64,000 nucleotides of DNA from an uncultured delta proteobacterium (GTDB lineage Bacteria; Myxococcota_A; Polyangia; Polyangiales; Polyangiaceae). The translations under genes and the position numbers were made by a program. The stretch covers positions 5,344,001 to 5,408,000 of the forward strand of contig CAWDXG010000004.1 in the NCBI GenBank assembly GCA_963806225.1. Direction: 5' to 3'. Every line of letters starts with the position of its first letter. Positions within the stretch are counted from its first letter, which is position 1. Shown piece after piece: positions 47,120 through 57,290 of this stretch. The notes below the pieces were generated by a model. That model made no database searches. It had not been told where the DNA came from and saw nothing but the letters and a program-made list of their open reading frames with translations.

Positions 47120-47788
47120 TCAGTCGGCGCTCGCGTCCTGGGGGCCGGCGTCGCTTTGCCCGCCGGTTCCGGCGGTTCCAGCATCAGCGCCGCCGGTTCC
47201 CGCAGCGCCCGCAGCGCCGCCGGTTCCCGCAGCGCCGCCGGTTCCCGCAGCGCCGCCGGTTCCCGCAGCGCCGCCGGTTCCCGCAGCGCCGCCGGTTCCC
47301 GCAGCGCCGCCGGTTCCCGCAGCGCCGGCTGCGGCACCACCTCCGCCGGTCCCACCCGTGCCAGCGGTTCCGGCCGTGCCCGCGACGCCGCCGGCTCCCG
47401 CGGCACCGGCCGCGCCTGCGCTGCCGCCGGCGCCTGCCGCGCCGCCCGCGCCGTTGCTCGGGACGCACATCCACGTGCCGTTGGCGACCAGGCACTGGTA
47501 GCCAGCGACGCAACCGTGGAACGTGCAATCCCCGGTGTGGCAGAGGTTGTCGACGCTGCAGGTCTCGTTGGCCAGGCAATCGCCCGGCTTGCTGCATTGC
47601 GCACCGCTTGCGCCCCCCGAGCCGTTGGACGACGAGCGCACGCACAGGCCGCTCGGGTAGTCACAGACGTAGCCGGAGCCGCAGTCGGAGTCGCTGACGC
47701 ACGCGGTGCCCTGATCCGGATAGATCGGGCAGCCCCCGAGCGCGAAGGCGGCCACCAGAGTCGCACCCAACAGCAATGCTCGCTTCAT
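47120..47788 (-). CDS. Cys-rich lipoprotein with Gly/Ala tail
   Basis: Lipobox LGGC; CxxxxDC...C modules; AAGTGG repeats. Confidence 0.75.
   Translation of the reverse strand: MKRALLLGATLVAAFALGGCPIYPDQGTACVSDSDCGSGYVCDYPSGLCVRSSSNGSGGASGAQCSKPGDCLANETCSVDNLCHTGDCTFHGCVAGYQCLVANGTWMCVPSNGAGGAAGAGGSAGAAGAAGAGGVAGTAGTAGTGGTGGGGAAAGAAGTGGAAGTGGAAGTGGAAGTGGAAGTGGAAGTGGAAGAAGTGGADAGTAGTGGQSDAGPQDASAD
47211..47326. repeat. perfect 18-bp VNTR (GCAGCGCCGCCGGTTCCC x6 plus partial)
   Basis: Six identical consecutive units read directly. Confidence 0.9.
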
Positions 47789-48060
47789 CGCTCCGCCTCC
47801 GTCATCCGGTTCGGACCCGCCGGCGGGCCCGTTCCTGCTTCAGCGTAGCAAGCGACGTGCCCCGGACAAGCGGGGGCGGATTGCCTTTTTCCGGCCGCCC
47901 CGGCCCGCCACGAGTGAAGCAGGGTTCACGCCAGCGTGTGGAAGTCGGGGAGCCGACTGGAGCGCGGGCCGGTCCGGTCGGCCGCCAACCCCGCGAAAGG
48001 GCTAACTGGATTCGGCCAACATGCTAGATTTCCGGCGCCTTTTTCGACGAGTAACGCTGG

Positions 48061-50253
48061 ATGGATGTTCGCTGCGGCCGCTGTGGGACCGAGTACGAGT
48101 TCGATGACGCTCTCGTCTCGGAGCGGGGGACCACGGTCAAGTGCACGAATTGTGGTCACCAGTTCAAGGTCCATCCTCCGCATTCCGCGCGGGCGGGACC
48201 AGAACGCTGGGTGGTGCGGACTGCCTCGGGGCGGGAGCTTGTCTACACTTCGTTGCGCGACCTGCAGAAGGGCATCGCGCAGCGGCAGGTGGGGCCCGGC
48301 GATCTTCTGGCACGAGGCAACCAGCCGGCGCGGCCGCTCGGTTCCATCGCCGAGCTGGAGCCATTCTTCCAGCCCGGAGGCAGAGCTCGCGCGGGTAACG
48401 TGCCGCGCACGCTCTCCGGTGTTGCGCCGCCCGCCAACGTCGCCACCCACCCGCCCGATGTGCGCGTCCGCGAGGCGACGCCCCCGGATCTCGCTTCGAC
48501 GCAACCTTCGGCGATGAACCAGGCGCCGGCGCGCGCGGCGGCGCCGCGCGCGGACGCGTTCGCCGGCACCATGCCCATCGACTTCAACCAGGCAGGGGTC
48601 GGGCATCCCGAGGGCACCCTGGAAGAAGCCGAGCCGCCGACGCTACCGCGCAACCAGCGCCCCATGCCGCCGGTCGAGCCGCGTGCCCAGCAGCGCTCCC
48701 AGCCGGTGGACATCCGGCAGCGCCCCGACCCCGTGCTCACGCCGACGCCGAGCGCGGTCCGCGAGAGCTTCCATTCAGAATCCGAGATCCACACCGATCC
48801 CAGATTCCTTGCCGGTCCGCCGTCGCGTCGAGCGCGCTCGCGCTGGATCGCGGCGTTGGTGATTGTCGGCGTCGTTGCGCTGTTCGGCGCTACCATCGGT
48901 CGGCAGTACATCTCGCGCTTTGCGCACCCGGCGCACAAGGCGGCAAAGCCCGCCGCGGACAGCCGCGTTGCCGGCATGCTCCAGAAGGGGAACCAGCTCC
49001 TGTCGGACGGGGACTTCGAGGGAGCGAAGGAGCAGTTCGACAAGGCCAGCGCGCTCGCCGAAAATGACCCGGCCGTGCTGGCGGCGCTGGCGCATCTCGA
49101 GACGCTGAGGGCCGACCTGGTGTGGCTCCAGCTCCGGTTGCTCGACCCCACCGACAAGGAGCTGGTGAAGTTGACCCATCGGCAGCTCGGCGCGCGTGTG
49201 GGACGGGCCGAGCGCGCCGTGGAAGCCGCACGGAAGGTAGCGCCGAACAAGCGGGGCGTGCTGCGTGCGCGCATCGACGTGTTGCGCATGAGCGGCGACA
49301 TGAACAAGGCGCGCTCGCTCGTCGGGCCTGTTGCCAAGGACGCCAGCCAGCCCGAAAATGCCTACGTGCTGGCCGCGCTCGACCTCGCCGAGCCGTCGCC
49401 GGGTTGGTCGACCGTTGTGGATCGGCTGCGCACGGCCACCTCGGGTGACCAGGATCTGCTGCGCGCACGTCCTGCCCTCATCTACGCGCTGGCGCGCTCC
49501 GGGCAGATTTCCCAGGCGGAAGCGGAGCTCCACAAGCTCGAGTCGAGCGACAAGCGGCATCCGCTCCTCACCGAGCTGAAAGGCTTTGTCTCCCGGTTCG
49601 AATCGGCGAGCGCCGATGCGGGGACCGACGCCGGTGCGGAAGTCGCGACGGTCGATCCTTCCCAGCTCCCGGAGCTCGACACTTCCAAAACGAACGTTCC
49701 TGAAGAAGCGCCCGCCGGTGACTTCCGCTCGCAGCTCGAGCAGGCTAGCGCCGCGGCCTCGCGCGGGGACCTGGAGCGCGCCCAGCGGCTCTACAGCGCG
49801 GTGCTCGCCGCGCACCCCGGAAACACGGAAGCCCTGGCCGGGCTGGCCGACGTTGCACGGCGTCGCCACGACACCGCCACCGCGGCGAAGCTCTACAAGC
49901 AGGTGCTGAAGAGCAATCCGAGCTATCTGCCCGCGCTCATGGCTCGAGCCGACCAGAAGTGGGACGCAGGGGATCGCAAAGGCGCGATCGCGATGTATCG
50001 CCGCATCCTGGAGCAGGCCGGCCCGGGTTCGGGGTACGGCCAGCGTGCGGCGGCGCGTATCGCAGAGGGCGAGAAGGGCGGTTCGACCTCGAGCCCGCCG
50101 CCCACCAGCGAGCCCGGCTCGGCAGCTCCCGAGCAGCCGGCGCCCACCGCCACCGCAACGTCCACGGGCACGTCGGCGCCGCCCGCCGAGCAGAAGCCGA
50201 AGCAGGAAGAGCCCCACATCGACACCACCGACCTGCCCGGGTTCAATCAATGA
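48061..50253 (+). CDS. MJ0042-type zinc-ribbon / TM / TPR protein
   Basis: CGRC...CTNC zinc ribbon, Pro-rich linker, one TM, periplasmic TPRs. Confidence 0.82.
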   Translation: MDVRCGRCGTEYEFDDALVSERGTTVKCTNCGHQFKVHPPHSARAGPERWVVRTASGRELVYTSLRDLQKGIAQRQVGPGDLLARGNQPARPLGSIAELEPFFQPGGRARAGNVPRTLSGVAPPANVATHPPDVRVREATPPDLASTQPSAMNQAPARAAAPRADAFAGTMPIDFNQAGVGHPEGTLEEAEPPTLPRNQRPMPPVEPRAQQRSQPVDIRQRPDPVLTPTPSAVRESFHSESEIHTDPRFLAGPPSRRARSRWIAALVIVGVVALFGATIGRQYISRFAHPAHKAAKPAADSRVAGMLQKGNQLLSDGDFEGAKEQFDKASALAENDPAVLAALAHLETLRADLVWLQLRLLDPTDKELVKLTHRQLGARVGRAERAVEAARKVAPNKRGVLRARIDVLRMSGDMNKARSLVGPVAKDASQPENAYVLAALDLAEPSPGWSTVVDRLRTATSGDQDLLRARPALIYALARSGQISQAEAELHKLESSDKRHPLLTELKGFVSRFESASADAGTDAGAEVATVDPSQLPELDTSKTNVPEEAPAGDFRSQLEQASAAASRGDLERAQRLYSAVLAAHPGNTEALAGLADVARRRHDTATAAKLYKQVLKSNPSYLPALMARADQKWDAGDRKGAIAMYRRILEQAGPGSGYGQRAAARIAEGEKGGSTSSPPPTSEPGSAAPEQPAPTATATSTGTSAPPAEQKPKQEEPHIDTTDLPGFNQ

Positions 50254-52067
50254 GGAGCAGCGCCTGTCTGCGATGGCTGGCGCTGCTCGTGCCAGTGCTC
50301 CTGTGCGGATGCAGGGCGCGTCCGCGCTCCGGCAGCTTCGCGTCGAAAGGCCACGTTTCCACCGCGCACGGCGAGGTGATCGAGGTCGATCTTGCTTCCG
50401 GGGCGCCCGAGTCGCTCGGCTCCGGCGGCATCCTGTTCCAGCTTCCGGCGTCGAGAACCTATGTGGGGCTGGTGCGGGCCCTCGAGCGCGCCCGGAAGGA
50501 CGACGACGTGACCGGCGTCTTCGTGCGGCTCGGCACCGCGGAGCTCGGGTGGGCGCGCAGCCAGGAGCTCGGACATCTGCTCCACCAGCTCGGCAAGCAG
50601 GGCAAGCCGGTCGTGTGCCACGCGGACTCGCTCACCAACTCGTCCACCTGGCTGCTCGCCGCAGGTTGCGACCGCATCTGGCTCAGCCCCGCAGCCGAGG
50701 TCGATACCGTCGGTATCGCGGCACAGATGGTCTACCTCAAGGGCGCGCTCGACAAGCTCAAGGTCCAGACGGACTTCATCCACATGGGCAAGTACAAGAG
50801 CGCTGCGGAGCCCATCACGCGTGAAGGTCCGAGCGAGCCCGCGCGGATCTCGCTCACGGAAACGCTGGCATCGATCCGCAAGGCCTGGCTCGACGGCATC
50901 GCGGCCTCGCGTAAGAAGAAGGGGATCCGCGACGCGATGGAGCACGGTCCGTGGAGCTCCGGTGAAGCGAAGGACCATGGGCTGGTCGACGCGATTGGCT
51001 ACGAGTCGGATGCCGTCGAGGACGCGGAGAAACGCGGCAAGGCCGAAAAGCTCACGCCTGTTTTCGGGCCCCAGGTCGCGGGGCGAGGTCTCGATCTCGC
51101 CCAGCTGATCCGGGTCCTGGCCGGGGCGGATCAGCGCAGCGGAGGGCGCCCCCACATCGCCGTGCTGCCGGCTGACGGCGAGATCACGATGGAGCCGGGC
51201 GGGATGCTGTCGCGTGGTGGCATCAGCGCCAAGGCCATCATCAAGACGCTGCGCCGCCTGGAGAAGGACGACTCGGTGAAGGTCGTCGTGCTGCGCATCG
51301 ACTCGCCCGGCGGGTCGGCGCTGGCGAGCGATCTCATCTGGCACGAGCTCATCGAGCTGAAGAAGAAGAAGCCGCTGGTCGTGTCGGTCGGCGACATGGC
51401 GGCCAGCGGTGGCTACTACATGGCTTGCGCCGCCACGCGCATCGTGGCGGAGCCGACCAGCATCGTCGGTTCGATCGGCGTGCTGGGTGGCAAGGTCGCG
51501 CTGGCGCCGGCGCTCGCGCAGTTCGGCATCAACAGCTACACGTTCCCCGCCAGCAAGGCGCCAGGTGCCGCCGCTCGCTCCGCCTACGAGTCCGCCCTCA
51601 CGCCCTGGGATGATGCGACACGCGAGCGCGTCCGCGAGCAGATGAAACGCATCTACGGTCTGTTCCTCAGGCGCGTCGCCGCGGGGCGGAAGATGAAGGT
51701 CGCCGAGGTGCAGAAGATCGCCCAGGGGCGCATCTGGACGGCGGCGCAGGCGAAATCCCGGGGTCTGGTCGACGACTTCGGCGGCCTGGATCGCGCGCTT
51801 TCGGTCGCGCGCCAGCTCGCCCACCTCGACAAGCGCGCGCCGGTCACGGTCGAGGGCGCGTCGGAGAGTCTTCTGGAGCGGCTGATGCTGGGCAGGCACG
51901 CCGATGCCAGGGCGGTGGCCGAGGCGGTCGAGCGCGAGCAGGGGCGGCGCGCGCCGCTCGTCCGTCTGCTGCCCAGGGAGCTCAGACCCTTCGCGGCGAG
52001 CCTTTCGCCCATGCTGTCGGGCGAGCACGTGCTCGCGGCAATGCCCTACGCGGTCGTCATCCGCTGA
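50250..52067 (+). CDS. sppA: signal peptide peptidase SppA (S49), lipoprotein
   Basis: GKYKSAAEP, LRIDSPGGS, MAASGGYY, GSIGV; ATG overlaps the upstream stop. Confidence 0.9.
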   Translation: MRSSACLRWLALLVPVLLCGCRARPRSGSFASKGHVSTAHGEVIEVDLASGAPESLGSGGILFQLPASRTYVGLVRALERARKDDDVTGVFVRLGTAELGWARSQELGHLLHQLGKQGKPVVCHADSLTNSSTWLLAAGCDRIWLSPAAEVDTVGIAAQMVYLKGALDKLKVQTDFIHMGKYKSAAEPITREGPSEPARISLTETLASIRKAWLDGIAASRKKKGIRDAMEHGPWSSGEAKDHGLVDAIGYESDAVEDAEKRGKAEKLTPVFGPQVAGRGLDLAQLIRVLAGADQRSGGRPHIAVLPADGEITMEPGGMLSRGGISAKAIIKTLRRLEKDDSVKVVVLRIDSPGGSALASDLIWHELIELKKKKPLVVSVGDMAASGGYYMACAATRIVAEPTSIVGSIGVLGGKVALAPALAQFGINSYTFPASKAPGAAARSAYESALTPWDDATRERVREQMKRIYGLFLRRVAAGRKMKVAEVQKIAQGRIWTAAQAKSRGLVDDFGGLDRALSVARQLAHLDKRAPVTVEGASESLLERLMLGRHADARAVAEAVEREQGRRAPLVRLLPRELRPFAASLSPMLSGEHVLAAMPYAVVIR

Positions 52068-52165
52068 GCGCTGTGCGCGTCACTTGCAGGGATTGTCCTT
52101 GGCGGTCGCCTTGGTGTCCGTGGCTCCGGAGCGCGCGGTGGCGCATCGGCTTGCGTCGCGGCTCC

Positions 52166-52256
<91 letters not shown>

Positions 52257-52399
52257 AGGCGAGTGAGGGCCGAGAAACTACCCACGCACCCGTCGCCGTC
52301 AAGGGACAAGGCAAAAACCGGTGGAACTGCCCGTGTCGGGACGTTGCCGGCGGGCCTTCCGGTTGCGGGTCCGCGCCGGCGGTACGACTATCAAGGCAC

Positions 52400-53830
52400 A
52401 TGCTGCTGCTACGCCCCGAAGTGAACGAGCCGTCACCCGCCGCCCGGGAAAAGGCCGTGCGGCTGCTGGAGCAGCGGCTCGGCCCGTCGCGTGTCTTGAC
52501 CGGCCGCGACGCCTGCGAGCGGTTTTCCGTCGATGAATCGGAGGCGGTGGGCCGCGTCCCCGACGCTGTCGTGCAGGCGGAAAGCCGCGACGACATCCTC
52601 ACGGCCCTGGCCGTGGCGCGGGAAGCGGAGGTGCCGCTGACGCCGCGAGCCGGCGGAACGGGTCGAACGGGCGGCGCCGTGCCCGTCGCGGGGGGCATCG
52701 TGCTGAGCGTGAGCGGCATGACCTCGATCAAGGACATCGATGGCCGGGAGGGACTGGCGGTGGTCGAGCCCGGCGTGGTCCTGGGCGACCTGCACGCGGC
52801 GGTCGAAAAGGAAGGTTGGTTCTACCCGCCCGACCCGAACTCGCTCGTCGGCTGCGCGCTCGGCGGCAACGTGGCCGAGAACGCGGGCGGCCCGCGCGCC
52901 TTCAAGTACGGCGTCACGCGCGAGTACGTGCTGGGGCTCGAGGCATTCCTGATCGGAGGCCAGCGCATCCAGGCCGGCCGTCGCACGCGGAAAGGGGTCA
53001 CCGGCTACGACGTGACGGGGCTTCTTGTCGGCAGCGAGGGAACGCTGGCGGTGTTCGGCGACATCACGCTCAAGTTGATCCCGAAGCCGCCCGCCGTCAT
53101 GACCCTGATGGCGCTGTTCGACAGCGTCCACCAGACCGGCGGAGCCGTGGGCGCGATCGTGGAAGCGGGGCTCGTGCCGCGCTGCATCGAGCTGCTGGAT
53201 TCCGGGACGCTGCAGGCGATGCGGGATGCGGGCAATGCGCTCGACCCGCGCGCCGGAGCGATGCTGCTGATGGAGGTCGACGGCGACGAGCGCGCTTGCG
53301 AAGAGCAGGCCGAGCGCATCTCGGATGCGTGCGAGAAGGTCGGCGTGCTCGAGCTCCTTGTCGCGCAGGACAGAGCGCAGCGCGACCGCCTGTGGGCGGC
53401 GCGCCGCGAGATGAGCCCGGCGGTCCGCCGCCTGGCCCGGCACAAGCTGAGCGAGGACGTGGTGGTGCCGCGACAGAAGGTCGGCGAGCTGCTCGACCGC
53501 GTGGCAAGCGTGAGCGAGCGCACGAAGATCCGCTCGCTTGCCTACGGGCACGCCGGCGATGGCAACCTGCACGTCAACTTCCTGTGGAACGACGAGAGCG
53601 AGCTGGCGTCCGTCGACGCCGCGATCGAACAGCTGTTCCGCGACGTGATCGAGCTCGGAGGCACGCTCAGCGGCGAGCACGGCATCGGCGTGCTCAAGGC
53701 GCCCTATCTGCCGCTCGAGCAGTCGGCCGAGCTCATCTCCCTGCAGCGCGATATCAAGCGCGTGTTCGACCCCGGCGGCCTGCTCAATCCGGGCAAGATC
53801 TTCCCGAGCGGCGGGCACGGCGCCTGCTGA
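52400..53830 (+). CDS. FAD-linked oxidase, glycolate oxidase GlcD-like
   Basis: YPPDPNS, ENAGGPRAFKYG, GHAGDGNLH, SGEHGIG, LNPGK. Confidence 0.9.
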   Translation: MLLLRPEVNEPSPAAREKAVRLLEQRLGPSRVLTGRDACERFSVDESEAVGRVPDAVVQAESRDDILTALAVAREAEVPLTPRAGGTGRTGGAVPVAGGIVLSVSGMTSIKDIDGREGLAVVEPGVVLGDLHAAVEKEGWFYPPDPNSLVGCALGGNVAENAGGPRAFKYGVTREYVLGLEAFLIGGQRIQAGRRTRKGVTGYDVTGLLVGSEGTLAVFGDITLKLIPKPPAVMTLMALFDSVHQTGGAVGAIVEAGLVPRCIELLDSGTLQAMRDAGNALDPRAGAMLLMEVDGDERACEEQAERISDACEKVGVLELLVAQDRAQRDRLWAARREMSPAVRRLARHKLSEDVVVPRQKVGELLDRVASVSERTKIRSLAYGHAGDGNLHVNFLWNDESELASVDAAIEQLFRDVIELGGTLSGEHGIGVLKAPYLPLEQSAELISLQRDIKRVFDPGGLLNPGKIFPSGGHGAC

Positions 53831-53842
53831 GGCGCGTCGACT

Positions 53843-54418
53843 TCACTTGGCCTTGGGCTCGCGCAGCATGTTCGCGCGGTAGTGCGAAAGCTCGGCAATC
53901 GAGTTCCGGATGTCGACGAGCGCGTCGTGGGCGCCTTCGGACGGCTTGTCGTACAGGGCGGAATCGCTGTACCAGAGCTTGGCGAGCAGCTTGAGCGAGG
54001 TCACGTCGATCATGCGGTAGTGCAGGTAGCCCGCGAGCCCCGGCATCCAGCGGTCGATGAAGCGGCGATCCTGGCCGATGCTGTTGCCGCACAGCACCGC
54101 GGGATACTCGCACCAGCCGGCGATGCGCTCGAGGAGCATGCGCTCGGCCTGACCGATGTCGGTGCGCGACTGGCGCACGCGACCGTTCAGGCCGGTCTTG
54201 TCGTGCATGTCGCGGACGTATGGCGTCATGCGGTCGAGGGAATGCTCCGGCTGCCAGATGTCGCAGACGTACTCTTCCAGCGGCTCGAGCTCGCTGTCGG
54301 TAACGATCAGCGCGGCCTGGATGACGACGTCGTTCTGGGCGTCGAGCCCGGTCATCTCCAGGTCGACCCATGCGAGATTGCCGGCAGACCGGCTGCGGAC
54401 GATGCGTTCGGCGGCCAT
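53843..54418 (-). CDS. orn: oligoribonuclease
   Basis: WVDLEMTGLD, LCGNSIGQDRRF, HYRMIDV, HDALVDI. Confidence 0.93.
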   Translation of the reverse strand: MAAERIVRSRSAGNLAWVDLEMTGLDAQNDVVIQAALIVTDSELEPLEEYVCDIWQPEHSLDRMTPYVRDMHDKTGLNGRVRQSRTDIGQAERMLLERIAGWCEYPAVLCGNSIGQDRRFIDRWMPGLAGYLHYRMIDVTSLKLLAKLWYSDSALYDKPSEGAHDALVDIRNSIAELSHYRANMLREPKAK

Positions 54419-54573
54419 GTCCCGGCTACTCTACTAGAGCTTTTCGCGTTCTGGGCGCGTGATCGGTATATGGCTCGGGTTTGCCGAACGAGCCGGAGCG
54501 CCGCTGCCGGCAGAGCGGCCTGTCGACCTCCACGGGCGGCTCGGGCATGCTGCCCGACAGATCGGAGGGAGCG

Positions 54574-55710
54574 ATGCGGATCCTGTACGGAGTCGTCGGA
54601 GAGGGCATGGGGCACGCGACGCGCAGCCGCGTCGTCCTCGAGCACCTGCTCGGGCAGGGTCATTCGGTGCGCGTCGTCGTCTCGGGGCGCGCCCACGGAT
54701 TTCTGGTCGAACGGCTGAAGGGCTACGACAACGTCACGGTCGAGGAGATACACGGTCTGACGCTGCGCTATTTTGCCAACCGCCTCGACAAGAGCGAGAG
54801 CCTCTTCGACAACCTGAAGAAGGCGCCGGCCGGCATCAAGAAGAACATCCAGGTGTACGCCAGGGTTGCCGAGGACGGATTCAAGCCCGAGCTGGTGATC
54901 AGCGACTTCGAGTCGTGGGCTGCGCTCTACGCGCTGAACCATTTCCTGCCGGTGATCAGCATCGACAACATGCAGGTCATCAACCGCTGCCGGCACGACC
55001 GCGAAATCACGGCTGCCAAGGGCTTCAACTTCAACGTCGCCAAGCTGGCGGTGAAGATGAAGCTCCCGGGCGCCTATCACTATCTGGTCAGCAGCTTCTT
55101 CTTCCCGCCGGTCAGGAAGAAGCGCACCACGCTCGTGCCACCGATCCTGCGTCCGGAAATCCTGGCGGCGCGGCGCGAGCCGGGTGACCACGTGCTCGTC
55201 TACCAGACGTCGTCCGCCAACGAAGCGCTGGTGCCGATCCTCCAGAAACTGCCGTACGAGTTCCGGGTCTACGGCATGGGACGCGAGGGCAGCGACGGCA
55301 ACGTCACGCTGCGCGCCTTCTCCGAGACGGGCTTCGTCGATGACCTGCGCACCGCGCGCGCCGTGATCGCCGGTGGCGGATTCTCGCTCATGAGCGAGGC
55401 CGTGAGCCTGCACGTGCCGATGTTGAGCGTGCCGATCGAGCAGCAGTACGAACAGGAGCTGAACGCCCGATACCTCACCCACCTGGGCTACGGCAGCTGG
55501 GCGCGCCGGCTGGACGAGGACGTGATCACGCGCTTCATGGAGAGCGCGGACGACTTCGCGCAGACGCTGGAGGTCTACCAGCGCCGTGGCAATTCGATGC
55601 TTTTCGGCTGCGTCGACGAGCTCATCCAGCGCTGGAGCCAGGGCGAAAAGCGCCCGAAAGTCCTGGAAGCGCCGGCGATGGGCAAGTGGGCGCCTTCCAG
55701 CGCCCGGTAG
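54574..55710 (+). CDS. MJ1255/VC2487-type glycosyltransferase
   Basis: MRILYGVVGEGMGHATR, VISDFE, GGFSLMSEA, EQELNA. Confidence 0.88.
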   Translation: MRILYGVVGEGMGHATRSRVVLEHLLGQGHSVRVVVSGRAHGFLVERLKGYDNVTVEEIHGLTLRYFANRLDKSESLFDNLKKAPAGIKKNIQVYARVAEDGFKPELVISDFESWAALYALNHFLPVISIDNMQVINRCRHDREITAAKGFNFNVAKLAVKMKLPGAYHYLVSSFFFPPVRKKRTTLVPPILRPEILAARREPGDHVLVYQTSSANEALVPILQKLPYEFRVYGMGREGSDGNVTLRAFSETGFVDDLRTARAVIAGGGFSLMSEAVSLHVPMLSVPIEQQYEQELNARYLTHLGYGSWARRLDEDVITRFMESADDFAQTLEVYQRRGNSMLFGCVDELIQRWSQGEKRPKVLEAPAMGKWAPSSAR

Positions 55711-55784
55711 GCCGTCGATGGCGCCTGGGCGGAGGTCCGCCGGGATGGTAACATTCGGCTCGAGCTTGAGCTGGGAGTGAGTCG

Positions 55785-57290
55785 ATGAAGTCCTTTTCTG
55801 GATGGGTCACGTTGTCTGCCGTGGGCATGTTCGCAGCGGCGCTGAGCGCCTGCAGCAGTAGCAGCGGAGGCGTTGCTACGGGAAGTCACGTTGGAGGTGG
55901 CGCCGGGGGCCAGGGCGGCAGCGGCGGCGGGAGCGATGCCGGCGTCGACAGTGGCGGCAGCGCCGGCAGCATCTCCGTGTGCAACTACGGCGACAAGCAG
56001 TGCAACGGCAGCACCATCCAGACCTGCTCGTTCGGCGGTCAGTGGGTGGACGGGACCAAGTGTCCGTTCACCTGCAAGGCAGGGGACTGCGCTGGGGACT
56101 GCGCGCCGGCGTCCACGCAGTGCGCGTGGGACGGCGTGCAGACCTGCGGCACCGACGGCAAGTGGCAGGCGGCCAAACCGTGCCAGTTCGGCTGTGACAA
56201 CGGCACCTGCCGCACCTCGTGCAATTCGGGGGACTTCCACTGCAACGGCAACCAGGTCGAGCAGTGCAACCCAGGTCCGCCTTCGAGCTGGACGCCGACG
56301 GGGACGACCTGCAACGCGGCGTCCGGCCAGAAGTGCGACGCCACGACCGGCACGTGCCAGACGCTGTCGCCGATCGGCGGCACCACGCCGACCGGCACGT
56401 ACTACCAGTACGCTGTCTTCCAGACTGGGCAGACCGCGTTCCTGGGCGGCTACGACGTGGACTCGTTCGGCGACTACATCTACGTCAACCGCAGCAGTGC
56501 GTACCTCAACGTCTACAAGGTGACGCTCCTGGACTCGGACGGCGACGGCAAGCTGGAGCCGAACCAGCATCCCCAGAACCCGAACAACACCGGCCCCATC
56601 GAGACGCGGCAGCTCACGCTCGTCAAGACCTTGACCAAGTCGGGCGACGGCGTGCCGCTCGGGACGTCGTCCCGGGCGGAGCTGTACGCGCTGTCGGACC
56701 GCATCGACATGCTGGGCCCCAGCCACGACGGAATCATCAGCGAGTTCAACTTCGCGTCCAAGACCAGCAGCGTGATCGTGCAGCCGACCACGACAATCGG
56801 GCTTTCCCAATTCGGCTTCGGCGACGCGGACGGCAGGTGGTACGCCGGTTCGGAGAGTGCCCGGCGGGTCTTCTCGTACGACACGCCATCGAAGAGCTGG
56901 GTCGCCGAGTTCGACTATCCGAACCTGGCCGGCAGCCACATGGACGGCATGGAGGTCGTTGTCGCACCGACGACCGGCGACCAGTACGTCTACATCTCGG
57001 ACATGACGTCCGACTTCATCGCCCAGTACCACCGCGACCCGACAGGCTGGGTGCAGTCGAACCTCTACCAGTACTCGGACACGACCGGCTCGCCCGTGGA
57101 AGGCTTCGGGTTTGGAGCGCTGGATCACTTCTGGGTGACCAGCGGCACGTACCTCTACGAGATCGGCGGCGGCGACATCCAGAAGTACCTCTCGCCCTGC
57201 ACCGGCGGGAAGCAGGAGTGCGGCACCAACGGAAAGACCTGCCCGAGCACCCAGAGCTGCGTGAACGGTTGCTGCGAGACAATTGGCTAG
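55785..57290 (+). CDS. Cys-rich / beta-propeller surface lipoprotein, allele A
   Basis: Lipobox LSAC, Gly linker, three Cys modules, propeller blades, DSDGDG Ca-type loop, Cys-rich tail. Confidence 0.85.
   Translation: MKSFSGWVTLSAVGMFAAALSACSSSSGGVATGSHVGGGAGGQGGSGGGSDAGVDSGGSAGSISVCNYGDKQCNGSTIQTCSFGGQWVDGTKCPFTCKAGDCAGDCAPASTQCAWDGVQTCGTDGKWQAAKPCQFGCDNGTCRTSCNSGDFHCNGNQVEQCNPGPPSSWTPTGTTCNAASGQKCDATTGTCQTLSPIGGTTPTGTYYQYAVFQTGQTAFLGGYDVDSFGDYIYVNRSSAYLNVYKVTLLDSDGDGKLEPNQHPQNPNNTGPIETRQLTLVKTLTKSGDGVPLGTSSRAELYALSDRIDMLGPSHDGIISEFNFASKTSSVIVQPTTTIGLSQFGFGDADGRWYAGSESARRVFSYDTPSKSWVAEFDYPNLAGSHMDGMEVVVAPTTGDQYVYISDMTSDFIAQYHRDPTGWVQSNLYQYSDTTGSPVEGFGFGALDHFWVTSGTYLYEIGGGDIQKYLSPCTGGKQECGTNGKTCPSTQSCVNGCCETIG

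Noticed and set aside
46041..47326. CRISPR array
   Set aside because: Repeats are contiguous 18-mers without spacers, in frame within Gly-rich linkers; no cas genes.
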